This document shows positions 1-14,800 of a stretch of DNA of 64,000 nt, in pieces (positions within the stretch are counted from its first letter, which is position 1; each line of letters starts with the position of its first letter). The notes under the pieces are model-generated. The model saw only the letters and a program-made list of their open reading frames with translations. It was not told the DNA's origin and searched no databases. The position numbers and the translations under genes are program-made. Source of the stretch: the human T2T-CHM13v2.0 reference genome, Homo sapiens; the NCBI RefSeq assembly GCF_009914755.1, contig NC_060930.1; one strand, written 5' to 3'.

Positions 1-541
<541 letters not shown>

Positions 542-945
542 CTTAGTTTGAGTACTCAGAGAACAGACTCTGTGACAGAAATTTACGTGTAGTAGTTTTC
601 TTAAAGGTTGCTCCTAGGAACAAGATTTGTAAGGAAGTGAAGGAAGCAGAATTAGGCAGAAATGGAAACTGAACTGTTACAGACAACAGGGGACTGAGAA
701 AATCACACAGGAAGTCCAAGAGCTGAGGTTACCCCTCATATGTGCCTGGAATTGAGGCAAAAGGGCTGAGTCCCTGAAACCCCATATTGACTAGTCATTG
801 GATAGCAGGGTTGTTCCCAAAGAAAGGGCATGACCTTTTTAAGGCAGGTCCCTTTGGATAAAAACAATCGGTAGAGAGGTATTCAACTCTAAGCTAAGAG
901 CAGCCAATACTCCTGGCAGCCAAAGTGACCATACAGCAGCCATAC
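542..945 (-). mobile_element. old MaLR LTR (MLT1J/K-like)
   Basis: TTAGTTTGAGTACTCAGAGAACAGACTCTGTGACAGAAATTT...GGAAGCAGAATTAGGCAGA resembles the MLT1J/K end. Confidence 0.55.
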
Positions 946-2400
946 CTTCAATTTTAATATGATTCATACTGTGTCTCCTGGTAGACCCATCCCCACTCTG
1001 TGGAACAAGAATTCTAGTTGCTCAGAACCTAGAATTTGAGGACAGGAAGCACAAATTATCCCAGTAGACCACCAGGAATGATAAGCGAGGCCACTCCTGC
1101 CTCATACTCTGTCAGTTCACAAGTACTGATGTTGGCTGAGGCTTAGTTTCAGGAAATGCAAAAAACCCCAGACTATTATGTCAATTCCATCCTGGACCTG
1201 CTCTGAGCCCTAGTGAAAACTAAAATCTTTCAGTCACTTGTAAATGGGTCTGAGCACTATTACTAAGTAATGAGAATTATAAGATGAAACAATTTGTACT
1301 ATACATTTGAGGGGATGCCCCACCAGTTTGCAGACCATTCTGTAGGTGATGAAATAGACCAATTACGTTTTGTAGAGTTTAAATCACACCACTAGGCATG
1401 TCGTGTTCTAGTAAACATTTCCATAGCTTTCTGTAAGTCAGCACACACATACACAGAAACACACACACATACTCATGCACAAACATACACATACACATGC
1501 CTCTCTGACACTGCCACTCATTTATCTTGCTTCAAATGGTTTAAATACTGTAAGCTGGCTTTGATTATTCCAAAATCCTAACATTTCCATTGCAATTAGG
1601 GACTCCAGTTCTGTAACACCAATTCTATCATCAGCCATAACCCACAGAGGACGGCCACCACTGAGCTTCTCAGTGAAGCTGGTTCCTTTCACGAGAACAT
1701 TACTTACTGCTGTGGAAAATGGAGTATCCTCTGTGCTTACCTAATACATCCCTCCAGCATGTTCTCCGAGTCTCTTGGTTTCTTCTTCCATTGTCTGCTA
1801 TAGCAACTCTAGCATTTCTGCTTCTTTAAATGTGTGCCATTGCTTTCTCCAAACTTCTAAGAACCAACTTATTTGCATTTTAATAGCATTTCTTGGGGTC
1901 TTTGATGCAGTGTTAAATCCTATATCAGAAGAAAGCATTTCCATATCAATAAACTATCTTATCCAACTAAGTTCTGTTCTCCCTCAATTCAGTTATTCCC
2001 AGAATCCAGCCCCACACATATTCTCCAGGCTCTTCCTGAAACACATTAACTAGGTCCTTTCTTTTCTATAGAAAGTCCAGCATTATCCCAGTTGGGTTAT
2101 GTTAATACAAGAGGAGAGATGGAGGTCAGCATGTGTTGTCTATATCATCTTGCAGAAGATGGTAGAACATTTGTCTTCAACAAGGAAAAGTCGGCCATAT
2201 CTGCATGCTGAGATTTCAGAGGAATGTGAGGATTCAGGTTTTCAAGTGTTTTGACTCAAATGTCCCCATCCCAAATCTCAGGATTCTATACCTTCTCAAT
2301 AAGAGTTTTGACCCTGATACAGTAGACTTACGAGGCAAGGAGTAAATATTCTCTGGATCTCTGCTGCCCTCATAAATAAATTTTAGGCCTAATTGTCAGC
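946..2400 (-). mobile_element. decayed ERVL/MaLR internal (gag-like) sequence
   Basis: Minus strand ~1760-2060 (AGTTGGATAAGATAGTTTATTGATATGG...GGATTTAACACTGCA...TGGCACACATTTAAAGAAGCAGAAATGCTAGAG) resembles ERVL/MLT-int gag; adjacent to the MLT1 LTR. Confidence 0.5.
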
Positions 2401-2419
2401 ATGCTCCCTGCTGCATTTA

Positions 2420-3950
2420 CAGAATATGAAACTATTCTAAATTTACCTTTACTCAACTTGACCAATAAACATGGAGATCACTATGGCACTCAACATCTAT
2501 ACATCTACACCCCTGAAATTTTGAACTACTGAAATTCCCTTCTCTGATTCAACTTCCTCCTCCTACAGCTGGATTTACTGATCTTGTTTTACAACCTCAA
2601 CATAATTTACCGTTAAATTATCCATTCCTAGTCTCATTTCCTTCCCAATCCAGTCTAAACCCTACTTCAACTCCTTTCTTACCAGCTTTCACAAATCTCC
2701 TGGCCATCCAAACTTTTACCATAACAAGTTCTCCTATCCTCAACTTTGAAGAACAAAAATACCTGTTTTTCTATTTCTTTCTGCTGGACTATTGCAAACT
2801 ACTGGAGAAAAATGACATAACAGTAAAGATCACCTACAATAAAATTTATGTTTTTCAACTTTAGTAGTCTTCAATGTTTTCCACCCATTATTTTACTTAT
2901 CATTATTGCATAATTCTCTTTGTCAACGGAACAAAGTTGTTTCAAACCAAATCTAGTATGATTAAGCATTTGTTCCCAATTGATAATCTAACTCCCTTCT
3001 TTGAAAAAAAAAAAAACAAACAAACAAAACTTGAGTCCATCTGATATTTTCTCCTTCATTTTACCTCGTACATGTAAACTATAACATCATCAGTACTATC
3101 TTCCTCAGTAAGAAAAGGTGATGCTTATTTACTTTTTTACACCAATACCTTCATCTATGATTTCTGTTTAGGAGCTTTCTAACAACAACAATAATAATAG
3201 CTGTTGTGTATCTCATGTTTACCACATGCCACTGGACTAAGCACTTTAAAGTACTGTAACACCTAATCTTCACAACAACTCTAAATTATCCCTCTTTAAG
3301 TAAGTGACAAAACTGAAGTTTGTCCAGGTCCACAGAACTAATAAAAATCTTTTTATAAATATCTATTATAAATTCAAGTTTCAAACTCTAGTGGTCTGGT
3401 ACCAGATCACACATGATTAGCACTGACTGATAATGTCTCCTCTATTGCTTATCCCCAATCTATTCCCAACCTCTTATTCCTTCTGTTTCATCTCTAAACA
3501 TGCTCAAGTATTTTATCTGAAAACTACCTGTCCTTGGTTTTAATTTCCCTTCAAGTCACCACACCAACTTTTTCCACTCCTTTATCATCAAGCTTCTAGA
3601 AAAATAAGATAATACATACTTTTTGCCTCCATATTCTCATCTCCAGTTCATTCATCAACACTCTATAGTCTGCTTTAATTTCTCATCAGTCTAGTAAAAT
3701 TGTCAATGATCACTTTCTTAAAAACAAGTAGCCTTTTGTCAACCCCATGCTTCTCAACCTCTCTGCAGTATTTGGTTCTCCTCTCATTCTAGATCTCTTT
3801 CTTTTGACTCATGATATCATTCTCTTTGGCTTTCCTAACTTCTTATGTTCACTACCTCTCAGTCTTATATGTTGCTCTACATATTTTACTAAAATATTGG
3901 CCTCCTTGCCCTTCTCTCCCATTATGCCTCTCCCTGATGCACCCCAGTAA
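2420..3950 (+). mobile_element. L2 fragments with an intervening MIR (~3190-3400)
   Basis: CT-rich L2-type motifs (CTTCTCAACCTCTCTGCAGTATTTG); MIR core TAATCTTCACAACAACTCT...AAAACTGAAG. Confidence 0.5.
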
Positions 3951-6820
3951 AACATTTAAAGAGCTGATCACTGCCCTGAAAAAGCTTATTAACCAGTTCA
4001 CTGAATAGTATATGTAATACTCCAAACACATTTACAGAACCTGGGTGACCAGGCATAAATCACTTGCAAAGTATTATGGTACATTAAGTGTTTGAGGAAG
4101 CACAGGATAAAAGATTCAATTGTTAGAATAATTCATAAAGGTATACTTAGTTGTTGAAGAAACTATGAAGAATATATTCTCTCTCATCTACTTAACTTGG
4201 AAAAGATGGTAATTTATGTTCCCCCATTCTCAAAGAGAGCCAAAGAAAATCATTCAGCAAGATGCTTTAGTTATCAATCCTGTGTGTTTAATGACCCTTC
4301 AGTTATTTTAACTTAGTCATCTATGAAATCATGAATGTCTCATTAAGTTCAAATTCAGTCTTTACCATCACTTTGAACATATCCACATCACAACTAATTG
4401 AATTATACTTGCTCAGCTTTCATCAAACACTAAAATGGATAGATTTGAAGATAGCTAAATATTCTTTCAATGAATGACACATTAATGCGCTCAAGCTGTT
4501 CTACGGATGCCACATGCTTCTTTTCCTTCTCACGCCCCACCACATAGTGTCATAGTCATCCAGAGTTGATGTCACATTGAGTTAATTCAAATCCCTTTAT
4601 GGCTTCTTGTTAGCAATTCAACCTTTGGTTCATTACTTGAACTGAGTCTTCATTTCCTCATACATATGGTGGAAAAAATTATACACACATAGGAATCAGA
4701 ACATTGCTGTGAGAATCAACGAGGCAATTTATGTGAAATCTTGACCCAAAGAGGTTGGTCAAAAAATGTTGATTCTCTCGTTTCCTTCCATCTCCACTGC
4801 AAATTGAGAATTTTTTTTGCCTATTCCTCCCATACATTGTGTAGAAAATAGAGGGGATAGAGCAAAGAAAGCATTAATTTTGAAAAAAGAAATTTTAAAT
4901 TAGGTTGTTTCCAATTTGTTGGCATTATGAATGTGCGGCAATATGCCTTGCACCTCTCTCTAGCATATTGTGTTTGACATTCCCAAGGAAACTTAAATAC
5001 GTATATCTTCTATTGAAGTCATTGTGTGTTATCACTGTAAGAGTTATGATAGAAATAATTACAAAGATATTGCCAATCTATCACTGTGATGGCTCTGCAC
5101 ACTTTCCTGCTGCTTATTATCTCTTTTCTGTTCTATTTAAAGAAATATTACTTGGTTCTTTTTACCATAGAGAAGATAGTGATACTTAAAAATCTGAGTG
5201 GAAAAATACGCAAGGAAAATTATGCATATGTCAATTCAGCAAACATTAAAATATGGAAGAAAATATAAGCATTATGGGAGTCCACATAAAATACGGAAAA
5301 CACCTTTGCAGGTAAAATAGTTAAGTTACCAATATATCCCGAAACCCAATAACAATAAGATGGTGTTATGGAAAGGGGTTAAAATTAAGAGACACCAAAA
5401 AGCTCTAAGATAGGCCAGGGTTAATATAATGACAGAATATAGTGCTTCTTGGGGGAAAATGAATGTATTTTCTTTTATTGTCCACTGAAAACGGCCATAC
5501 AGGACATGCTGCAGAAACAGAGATGTCCGTTTTTCTAGAAGACAAAGAAATGGATTTGAAGGAGATCAATATTGCTTGAAGAGCAGAGAAAACATGTAAC
5601 TTATAATACCAATTCCAATTGGGATTCATTCCAAAGCTGAAGGAAGTGGTAAATGTTAAGAAAAATCTCTATCAGCTATATGTCATGTTTTCCTATAAAT
5701 TGGGGTGGGACCTACAAGCTACAGAAGAATGAATGTAGCTCTATATAGAAAAGAACCATTAAAAACCATAATGAAGGTATTTTATTTTCAGAGAGCAGTA
5801 GTCTTTTAGAATGTGCTAGAATTTTTTTCCTCTGACCCATTTTATCTCACAGGTTTCAGTTTTTGGCTCTAAACTGTATATCTCCTCAGCAATTTCTAAA
5901 TTTTTAAAGCTAAGATTGCTTTGCATTAAGCTGCTTTGGCAAAGCCCATAATGAGAATTTTAAATCTGAGCAAAATTTCTTGAAGTTCTAAATGATGCCA
6001 TCAAAGAGAACATTCACCATATGGAACCAGTGATTGATCTAAAGACTGGAGTCTGGCTTTTAATCTCTTGTTTTCCAGCAAAGAGAAATTTTGTAGAATC
6101 TTCTCTCTGCATAAAGACTTAAACTAAAATAGGTAGTTAAAATGGAAGGAATATATATACCTCATGTATATTTACAGAATGGAAAGTAGTACATTGTTAG
6201 CCATATCCCAATAAAGAGGCAAGGCTCTCTAAAGAGAATGTGAATTCCTCCTAATTGGAGTTCCTGTTCTGTTACGACTCCCATGTTCACTGCTGGATAG
6301 AGGGCAGTCCCAACAAATGCCATGTCCCTAAATGATGGCCTCTGTCTGAGCCTAAGATTGTTCACTAATGTTTATGATTTCCTCTGATTCTTGGAGACAC
6401 TTGTAAATGTATTTCGCACCTCCCTTCCATCTCAGCAAGGCTTCTTCTTTACTGTCTCCCTTTCCCTATATACCAGCTGAGTAGAAAGGATGCTGAAAAT
6501 AGAGAAGAAGGCAGAGGCATAACTAAAAAGAGCCTACATGTCTGATTTATCTCAGGGACATTAGGCATTTGTGTGAGCAATAAATTTGCATTGCGTTAAG
6601 CCACTACAATGTTGGGTTTACTAGTGTAGTTAGCCTGACACTGTAACACCATGTCTCATTCAGGATCTTGCACATACAGAGTCAATTCAGCAAAGAGGAA
6701 ATTGTGGAATGCAGACATAGTTATTTCAGATAACTTCATGAATAAAGTCTCTGTCTGATGTGGGTTTAAAGTTTTTAAATGTTCCTAGTGAAAGCACTGA
6801 CCAACCCTGTCATTAGTGTC

Positions 6821-7136
6821 TGTGATGATTAAGTTTATGTGTCAACTTGGCTAGGTCATGATACCAAGATATATGGTCAAACACATTTGGATGTTGCTGT
6901 GAAAGCATTTTTCAGATGAGATTAACATTTAAATCATAGACTTTGAGTAAAGTGGACTAACCTCCATTATGTAGATGGGCCTCATCTCATCAGTTAAAGC
7001 CCTTAAGCAAATGACTGACCTATCCTGAACAAGAGAAAATTCTGACAGAAGACTGCTTTGGGATTTGAGCTGCAGCATCAACTCATCCTTGGGTTCCCAG
7101 GATGTCTAAAGACTAAGAATTTTTTAAAAATCTTTT

Positions 7137-7168
<32 letters not shown>

Positions 7169-7220
7169 TGCACGCGCGCATCTGTTGCTTTTGTTCATCT
7201 GGAGAACCCTTACTTCTAAA
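6821..7220 (+). mobile_element. MLT2 (ERVL) LTR containing a (TC)n(TG)n microsatellite
   Basis: TGTGATGATTAAGTTTATGTGTCAACTTGGCTAGG start; GATGAGATTAACATTTAAATC; ends CTGGAGAACCCT; microsatellite 7136-7170. Confidence 0.85.
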
Positions 7221-7599
7221 GTGTCTATTTTAAAATAAAGAGGTAGACCATAAAAGAGATCCAGTATGAAGACAATAACCATTGTCAATTAGCCAATGTC
7301 AAGTAAAATGGCATCCTAGGTTGATTCTGGATTTAGTACACTTGACATGGAAATATGTTTAAGTATTCTTCATGAGTCCTACTACTGCTTTTGTATCCTA
7401 AATATCTCTTATCTTTTCAATTATAACTATAAACAACAATGAGTGAAACAAAAAAGACTTTCATAGAAGGTTCCATTGGAAAAACATATGCACATGAGCT
7501 AACAGTAATTAACCAATTTGAAAATTATTTATAGGACATATTCCCTTATTGGGCCTGTGTTAGACATGGCGGTAAGAAAACTGATGGAAACCTGGGTCC

Positions 7600-8512
7600 T
7601 TCCTACCTATGACAAATCATATTTTCCAAAAATAGCAGCAATAATGCCAACAAACCAATATGCTCTTCTTACTATATGACTTTGATATTTCTCCAATCCA
7701 AAGGTAGAGTCTATGCTTCCTATACCTCTGTGGGATTTTGCCTCAAGAAATACAGTATGTTAGAAGGGATGCAATCTCAAAACAAGGCCATAATAATGCC
7801 ATGTTCTTCTGCCTTGCTGTCTTGAGACACTTGGTCTGGGGGAAGTCAGATGCCATATAAGCAGTCCAATAATCCCAAACAGGTCAACCTGGAGGCAGTG
7901 CAGAGCGATCCTATAAATATGTGGAGAGAGAAAGAGTAGGGGGAGAGGGAATAACACAAGAGCAAGAACAAGGGAATCAGCTCCCAGCTTCTCCAACCCC
8001 CTATATTTCAGCTCCATCCACTATCTGACTAAACCACATAAGAGACTATTGAATTGTGTCCCTTCTCATTCTTATGTAGAAGCCCTAACCCCCAAAGCAA
8101 CTATATCTGGAGATAGGGTCTTTAAGGGGGTAATTAGGATTAAATGAGGTAATAAGAGTGGGGCTCTAGTCCAATAGATTTGGTGTCCATACAAGAAGAG
8201 AAAGAGATATCAGAGACCTTTCTCTCGCCACACATGTACAGAAGAAAGGCCAAAGAAGAAAGTAAGAAGTTAGTGTCTGCAAGCCAGAAAAAGAGGCCTC
8301 ACAAGAAACCAATCCTGCTGGCACCTTAATCTTGGACTTCTTGTTATGGCAGCCCAAGAAGACTATTACAAAGACTTTAAGCAAGAACCATCCAGCCAAG
8401 CCCTCCCCTAATTCCTGACTCACAAAACTATGCAAAATAATCAAACAGTGATTCTCATTTTAGGTCACTAAGTTTTTCTGTGATTTGTAACACAGCAATG
8501 GATCATTGGAAC
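7600..8512 (+). mobile_element. older MLT1 LTR split by an MLT1A element
   Basis: MLT1-type end CCAGCCAAGCCCTCCCCTAATTCCTGACTCACAAAACTATG...TAAGTTTTTCTGTGATTTGTAACACAGCAATGGAT at 8390-8512; first half 7600-8045. Confidence 0.6.
8046..8370 (+). mobile_element. MLT1A/MLT1A0 LTR
   Basis: GAATTGTGTCCC...GAAGCCCTAACCCCCAA...GGAGATAGGGTCTTTAAG...TTGTTATGGCAGCCC...GACTATTACA. Confidence 0.85.
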
Positions 8513-8761
8513 GCCACCCTTGAGGTGCTTATTGTTTATCAGGGGAGATAAAACACATAACTAATTATATATCAAAGTGCTATGGTACTTATGTATCAAA
8601 TTCTATGAGTGAGGAGGTAAAAAAACAGAAGACAGAAGGTTTTTGAACTGGAAATTATTTAATATTAAATAATTGACCAGAGTGGTTAGACTAGAATGAT
8701 GGAACCTTAGATGGGTTCAAAGTGGGAGAAGAGAAACATCACTGAAGAGTCACTTGGGTAA

Positions 8762-9129
8762 TGCCATGGTCCAAACTGTGTTTTCCTAAAATTTGTATGT
8801 TGAAGTCTTAACCCTTCATGTGATTGTATTGGAAATAGAGTCATGAAAGTGATAATGTTACATGAGGTCATAATGGTAGAGCCCTGAACAAATAGAACTG
8901 GTATCCTTATAATTAGAGGAAGAGACACCAGAACTCTCTCTCCACCATGTGAAGACACAGCAAGAAGGCAGCCATCTACAAGCCAGACAAGATCTCTCAC
9001 CAGAATCTACCCATGCTGCCACCTTGATGTTGGAATTCTAGCCTCCAGAACTGTGAAGAAATAAATTTCTGTTGCTTAAGCCACGCTATCTATGGAATTT
9101 TGTTATGACAGCCCAAGCTGACTAATACA
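8762..9129 (+). mobile_element. MLT1A/MLT1A0 LTR
   Basis: TG...CA termini; AAATTTGTATGTTGAAGTCTTAACCC; CTCCAGAACTGTGAAGAAATAAATTTCTGTTG...GCTGACTAATACA. Confidence 0.85.
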
Positions 9130-9437
9130 GGTGACTTCACAATTTTTTCAGTGTTTAATTAGATTGGGTATCAAATCCTTAGTGGATGTGAAGAAAAATA
9201 AAAATATATGTAAAATTTGTTTTATTAACACAACAGTTTATGAGCAACCCCAAGGCAAGAATTATGTTCACTGAAGTATCTCCAGCACCTAGATTATGGA
9301 CTGTATCTGAGCTGTATTAATTGCTAAAGGAAAGGAGAAAGGGAGGAAAAGGAGGTAGAAAACTGAATCTTGCAGTGATACAGAACTTACTACCACCTAG
9401 TAGAATCTCTAAGAAAGGAGCCATCTGGAAAAAAGTA

Positions 9438-9729
<292 letters not shown>

Positions 9730-9768
9730 AGGAAGTAGAACAGATCAAGTGATAGACTGGAACATGCC

Positions 9769-10207
9769 GAACATATACACCATGGAATACTATGCAGCCG
9801 TAAAAAAGGATGAGTTCATGTCCTTTGTAGGGACATGGATGAAGCTGGAAACCATCATTCTCAGCAAACTATCACAAGGACAGAAAACCAAACACCGCAT
9901 GTTCTCACTCATAGGTGGGAACTGAACAATGAAAACACTTGGATACAGGATGGGAAACATCACACACCAGGGACTGTTGTGGGGTGGGGGAATGGGGAAG
10001 GGATAGCATTAGGAGATATACCTAATGTAAATGACGAGTTAACGGGTGCAGCACACCAACATGGCACATGTATACATATGTAACAAACCTGCACATTGTA
10101 CACATGTACCCTAGAACTTAAAGTATAATAATAAAAATATATATAAAAAGATATTGAATAAGAAAAAAATAAAAATTACATTCATAATGGCCAAAAAAAA
10201 AAAAAAA
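9769..10207 (+). mobile_element. 5'-truncated L1PA 3' end with extra 3' segment
   Basis: CATATACACCATGGAATACTATGCAGCC...CCTAGAACTTAAAGTATAATAA; 15-bp TSD AGA(C/A)TGGAACATGCC at 9754-9768 and 10208-10222. Confidence 0.93.
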
Positions 10208-10708
10208 AGAATGGAACATGCCAAAATGGAGAAAGCCTCTATGAGTCATTGGCTTAACCAGTGTAGGCATATGCAAAAGGCTGGTTTTATTTGTGCCTAT
10301 GCTTTAGCCTGCTCATTTTCAAAAATCTCTTCCTACTCATTATTCCCTAAAAATTATTCAGTGCTGATAGAACTATTTGTTGTGACCAACCTGGGCTGCA
10401 TGGCCTCCCACTAGTTCCTGCCTCGTTTTTCATCCTCCAACAGCTCTTTCTCTGTTGGCTTCAGTGTTTCTCCGTAAGCTTCCCTGTACTTACTGTTCAG
10501 TTCTTAAATGTTAATCCACATCTAGTTTTGGACACTTTCAAATGTAAAGAGTGTAAAGAAATGCACCACACTCAAGTGTTGTTAAAAGAGTTTAAAACTT
10601 GTTAAAGACTAACTACATGCAAAATAATCACTAAAAGAGAAAGGCCATTAATTGTGGACTTAAGAATTCAAAGACTGGTGTAAAGCAGGAAATGAAAGAT
10701 AAGCAGAA

Positions 10709-11268
10709 GGGTATATAACCAAAGGAATATAAATCATGCTGCTATAAAGACACATGCACACATATGTTTATTGCAGCACTATTCACAATAGCAAAGACTT
10801 GGAACCAACCCAAATGTCCAACAATGATAGACTGGATTAAGAAAATGTGGCACATATACACCATGGAATACTATGCAGCCATAAAAAATGATGAGTTCAT
10901 GTCTTTTGTAGGGACACGGATGAAGCTGGAAACCATCATTCTCAGCAAACTATTGCAAGGACAAAAAAACCAAACACCGTATATTCTCACTCATAGGTGG
11001 GAATTGAACAATGAGAATACATGGACACAGGAAGGGGAACATCACACACCGGGGCCTGTTGTGGGGTGGGGGTAGGGGGGAGGGATAGCATTAGGAGATA
11101 TACCTAATGTAAATGATGAGTTAATGGGTGCAGCACACCAACATGGCACATGTATACATATGTAACAAACCTGTACGTTGTGCACATGTACACATATGTA
11201 ACAAACCTGTACGTTGTGCACATGTACCCTAGAACTTAAAGTATAATAAAAAATATATATTAAAAAAA
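10709..11268 (+). mobile_element. 5'-truncated L1PA 3' end (ORF2 C-terminus and 3'UTR)
   Basis: ORF 10764-11075 begins with the L1 ORF2p C-terminus (MFIAALFTIAKTWNQPKCP...WHIYTMEYYAAIK); perfect 15-bp TSD GAAAGATAAGCAGAA at 10694-10708 and 11269-11283. Confidence 0.95.
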
Positions 11269-11845
11269 GAAAGATAAGCAGAAATAGAAAATCAAGTCCA
11301 AGATCTCACAGTACAACATTTTTCTTTGTCTTTGTGATTGTAAGCACTTATTTATAAGAAGCAGTTTCTTTAGTGAACTTACTCGAGGCCCAATTTTCAC
11401 CTGGTCTTTTGATTATAATCTAGTGCCAAGATAGGAAGATAGACCAGGCCAACTCTTAATGACCCTGTTCTGGTCCTTTCATTCCACAGCCCTAGGACAG
11501 ATTTGGCCTGACTAGTTTGATTGCATATAGGGTTTCATAGGAAGACAAATTGAACTGAAACTTCAGTTCCCTTTAACCTGAATATCACTTTGTAGTGGTT
11601 TGCTATTTAATCTCATGTGTAACTTGAGCAGTCATACTCCACGGTTTCTCCAAAAGGGAGTTACTGTTTAATGAAATGGGACTAGGTTTCCAAATTTGCT
11701 TTTTACATAGACACGTATTTCCTTACGGGTCTTTTATTGGATCATAGCAGCAGTGGAGCCTACTGAAATGTGAATTATATATGAGGGATACATCCTTATT
11801 TCTGAATGCAATTCAATTCCAAATGTGTGCTAAGAGGTGAGTCCT

Positions 11846-14800
11846 AGTAGGATGAGCAACATCAGCAAGACTGTTGACTAGAGGTAACTGGTGCTCATCC
11901 TCCCACAAAAACAAAACAACAAGTAAACAACTAAAATTCAACTAGAGTCTCCGAAAGAGAGTACTGCTGTACAGCGATGAACTGGTGAAATCACTGTGGT
12001 GCACATAAACCCATGACAGCAGTAAGGAGAGGGAAACAAAGCATCCCATCTCTGCTCCCTCGTATCCCCCATAAGGATTATTTAAGAGCCAGGAGAGACT
12101 TCCTCATGCAGGGAAGAAGTAAACAGAGGACCCCCCAAAAGCCTCCACCGTGACTTCAGATACCTGCAGTCCTTGCTTCAGAAGAATCCAGCAGTCATCA
12201 CAGACACTGAGCATAATTTAGGGAGCTGCCTTGAAATCATGTAGCTGCATTGCTCCAGAGTAGGGGCCCAAGTTGAGCACCTCCCTCACCCTCAGTGACT
12301 GTAAGTGCCACTGCATGGTGCAATCTTGAAATCAGAGCCACTGCTAGACTCTGGCCTTTGGATTCTGGGCTCAGCAAAACAGCCATGACTATGTTGCCCA
12401 AATCCACAGAATGCCCTACCCCTAAGGAATAGGCAGTCCTGCACAGTGTGGAAACCAAACACAGGCCAGCTGAACACATGAAAGTATAAAAGTAAAAGTA
12501 TAAAACTCACTAGTAAAGGTAATTTCATAATCAAACTCAGAATAAAACAATACTGTAATGGTGCTATGTGAATCCTTCAAACCTCTAGTATAAATGTTAA
12601 GAGTGAAAAGTCTCAAATATAACTAAGCTACAATTACTTGTTAAAGAACACACAATATATACAAAGGTATAAATTAAGGCAATAAAAATATAAATTGAGG
12701 GGGAGAGTAGAAGTCTAGAGTATTTTTAGATGACCAAAGTTTAAGTTGTCATCAGCTTAAATAGTATATTATAACAAGATTCTTTATGTTAATCCTGTTG
12801 TAACCACAAAGACATTGGAGCAGACACATAAATGAGAAAGATAAAAGAGTCAAATAACTAACATCAATTATTCTCAAACTATTCCAGAAAATTGAAGAAG
12901 AAAGTACTCCTAAAATTATTCTACAAGCGCACTGTTACCCTGATGCCAAAACCAGAGAAGGACACACACACAAAAAGAGAGCTATAGGCCAGTATTACTA
13001 ATGAACATAGATGCAAAAATCTTCAACAAGTTGCTAGCAAACCAAGTTCAACAGCACATTTAAAGGATCATCCACCATGATAAGATGGAATTCATCCCAA
13101 GGATGCAAGGATGGTTTAGAACATGCAAATCAAGAAATGTGATATACCATATTTACAGAAAGGAGGACAAAAATCATATGATCATTTCAATAGATGCAGA
13201 AAAATGCATGTGATAAAATCCAACATCTCTTCATAATAGAAACTCAGCAAATTAGGTATAGAAGGCACATACCTCAACACCATAAAGGCTATATATGAAA
13301 AATCCACAGCTAAATCATAGTAATCAGGGAAAAATTGAAAGCTTTTCCTCTAAGATCTGGAAGAAGGCAAGTATGCCCACTTTCACCACTTCTATTCTAC
13401 ACAGTACTGGAAGTCTTAGAGCAATTAGACGAGAGAAAAAAAATAGAGGCATTTGAATGGGAAAGTAGGAAATCAAACTGTCTCTGTTTACAGATATGAT
13501 TTAATAAATACAAAACCTTAAAGACTCCACTAGAAAAACTGTTAGAACTAACACACAAATTCAGTAAAGTTGCAGGATATAAAATCAACATGCAAAAATC
13601 AGTAGTATTTCTGTACCTGAGTAATGAACTATCTGAAAAAGAAATCAAGAAAACAATTCCATTTACAAAAGATTTAAAAAAAACAAGATACCTAGGAACA
13701 AGTTTAACCAAGGAGGGGAAAGATCTCTACAATGAAATCTATAAAACATTGATGAAAAAATTGAAGAGGACACAAATAAATGGAAATATATCCAGTGTTC
13801 ATTGATTGGGAGAATTAATATTGCTAAAGCGTCCACACTACCCAAAACAATCTACAGAGTCAATGCAATTCCCACCAAAATACTAGTAACTTTTTACAGA
13901 ATATACAAAACAATCCTAAAATTCACATGGTACCACAAAAGACTACTAATAGGCAAATCAAATCTTAAGAAAACAAAAGCTGAAGCCATGAAACTACCTG
14001 ACTTCACAATATACTGCCAAGCTATCATAACCAAAACAATATGGTATTGGCATTTAAAAAGAAACACAGACGACCAGAACAGAATACAGAGTTATGAAAT
14101 AAGTTCATACATAAACTGTCAATTGATTTTTGACAACCAAGAACACATATTGGGGAAAGAACAGTCTTGTCAGTATATGGTGCTGGGAAAATCATATGTC
14201 CACATGCAGAAAAATGAAAATGGACCTCTATATTTTATCATATGCCAAAAATCAACTCAAAATAAATTAAGGACTTAAATGTAAGACCAGGAACTATGAA
14301 ACCACTAGAAGAAAACCATAACAAAAAGTGCTTCATGACACTGGACTAGTGAAATATCTTTTTTTGGGATGAGGATTCAGAAGCACAGGTAACAGAAGCA
14401 AACATAGACAAATGAGACTACATCAAACTAATGAAGCTTTTGCACTGCGATAAAAACATTTAACAGAGTAAAGGTACAACCTACAGAATTAGAGAAAATA
14501 TTTGCAAACTATACATCTGACAAGGGGTTAATATCCAGAATATAAAAGGAACTCAAACAACTCTATAGCAAATAGACCAATAATTCAATTTTAAATGGGC
14601 AAAAGATTTTAAGAGACATTTCTCAAAAAAAAACCACAGCCAACAGGTATATTAAAAATTGCTCAACATCACTAATCATCAGGGAAATGCAAATCAAAAC
14701 CACAGTGAGATATCATCTTATTCCAGTTGCAATGACTATTATCAAAAAGAAAAAAAGATAACAAGTGTTGGTGAGAATATGGAGAAAAGGGAACCCTTGT

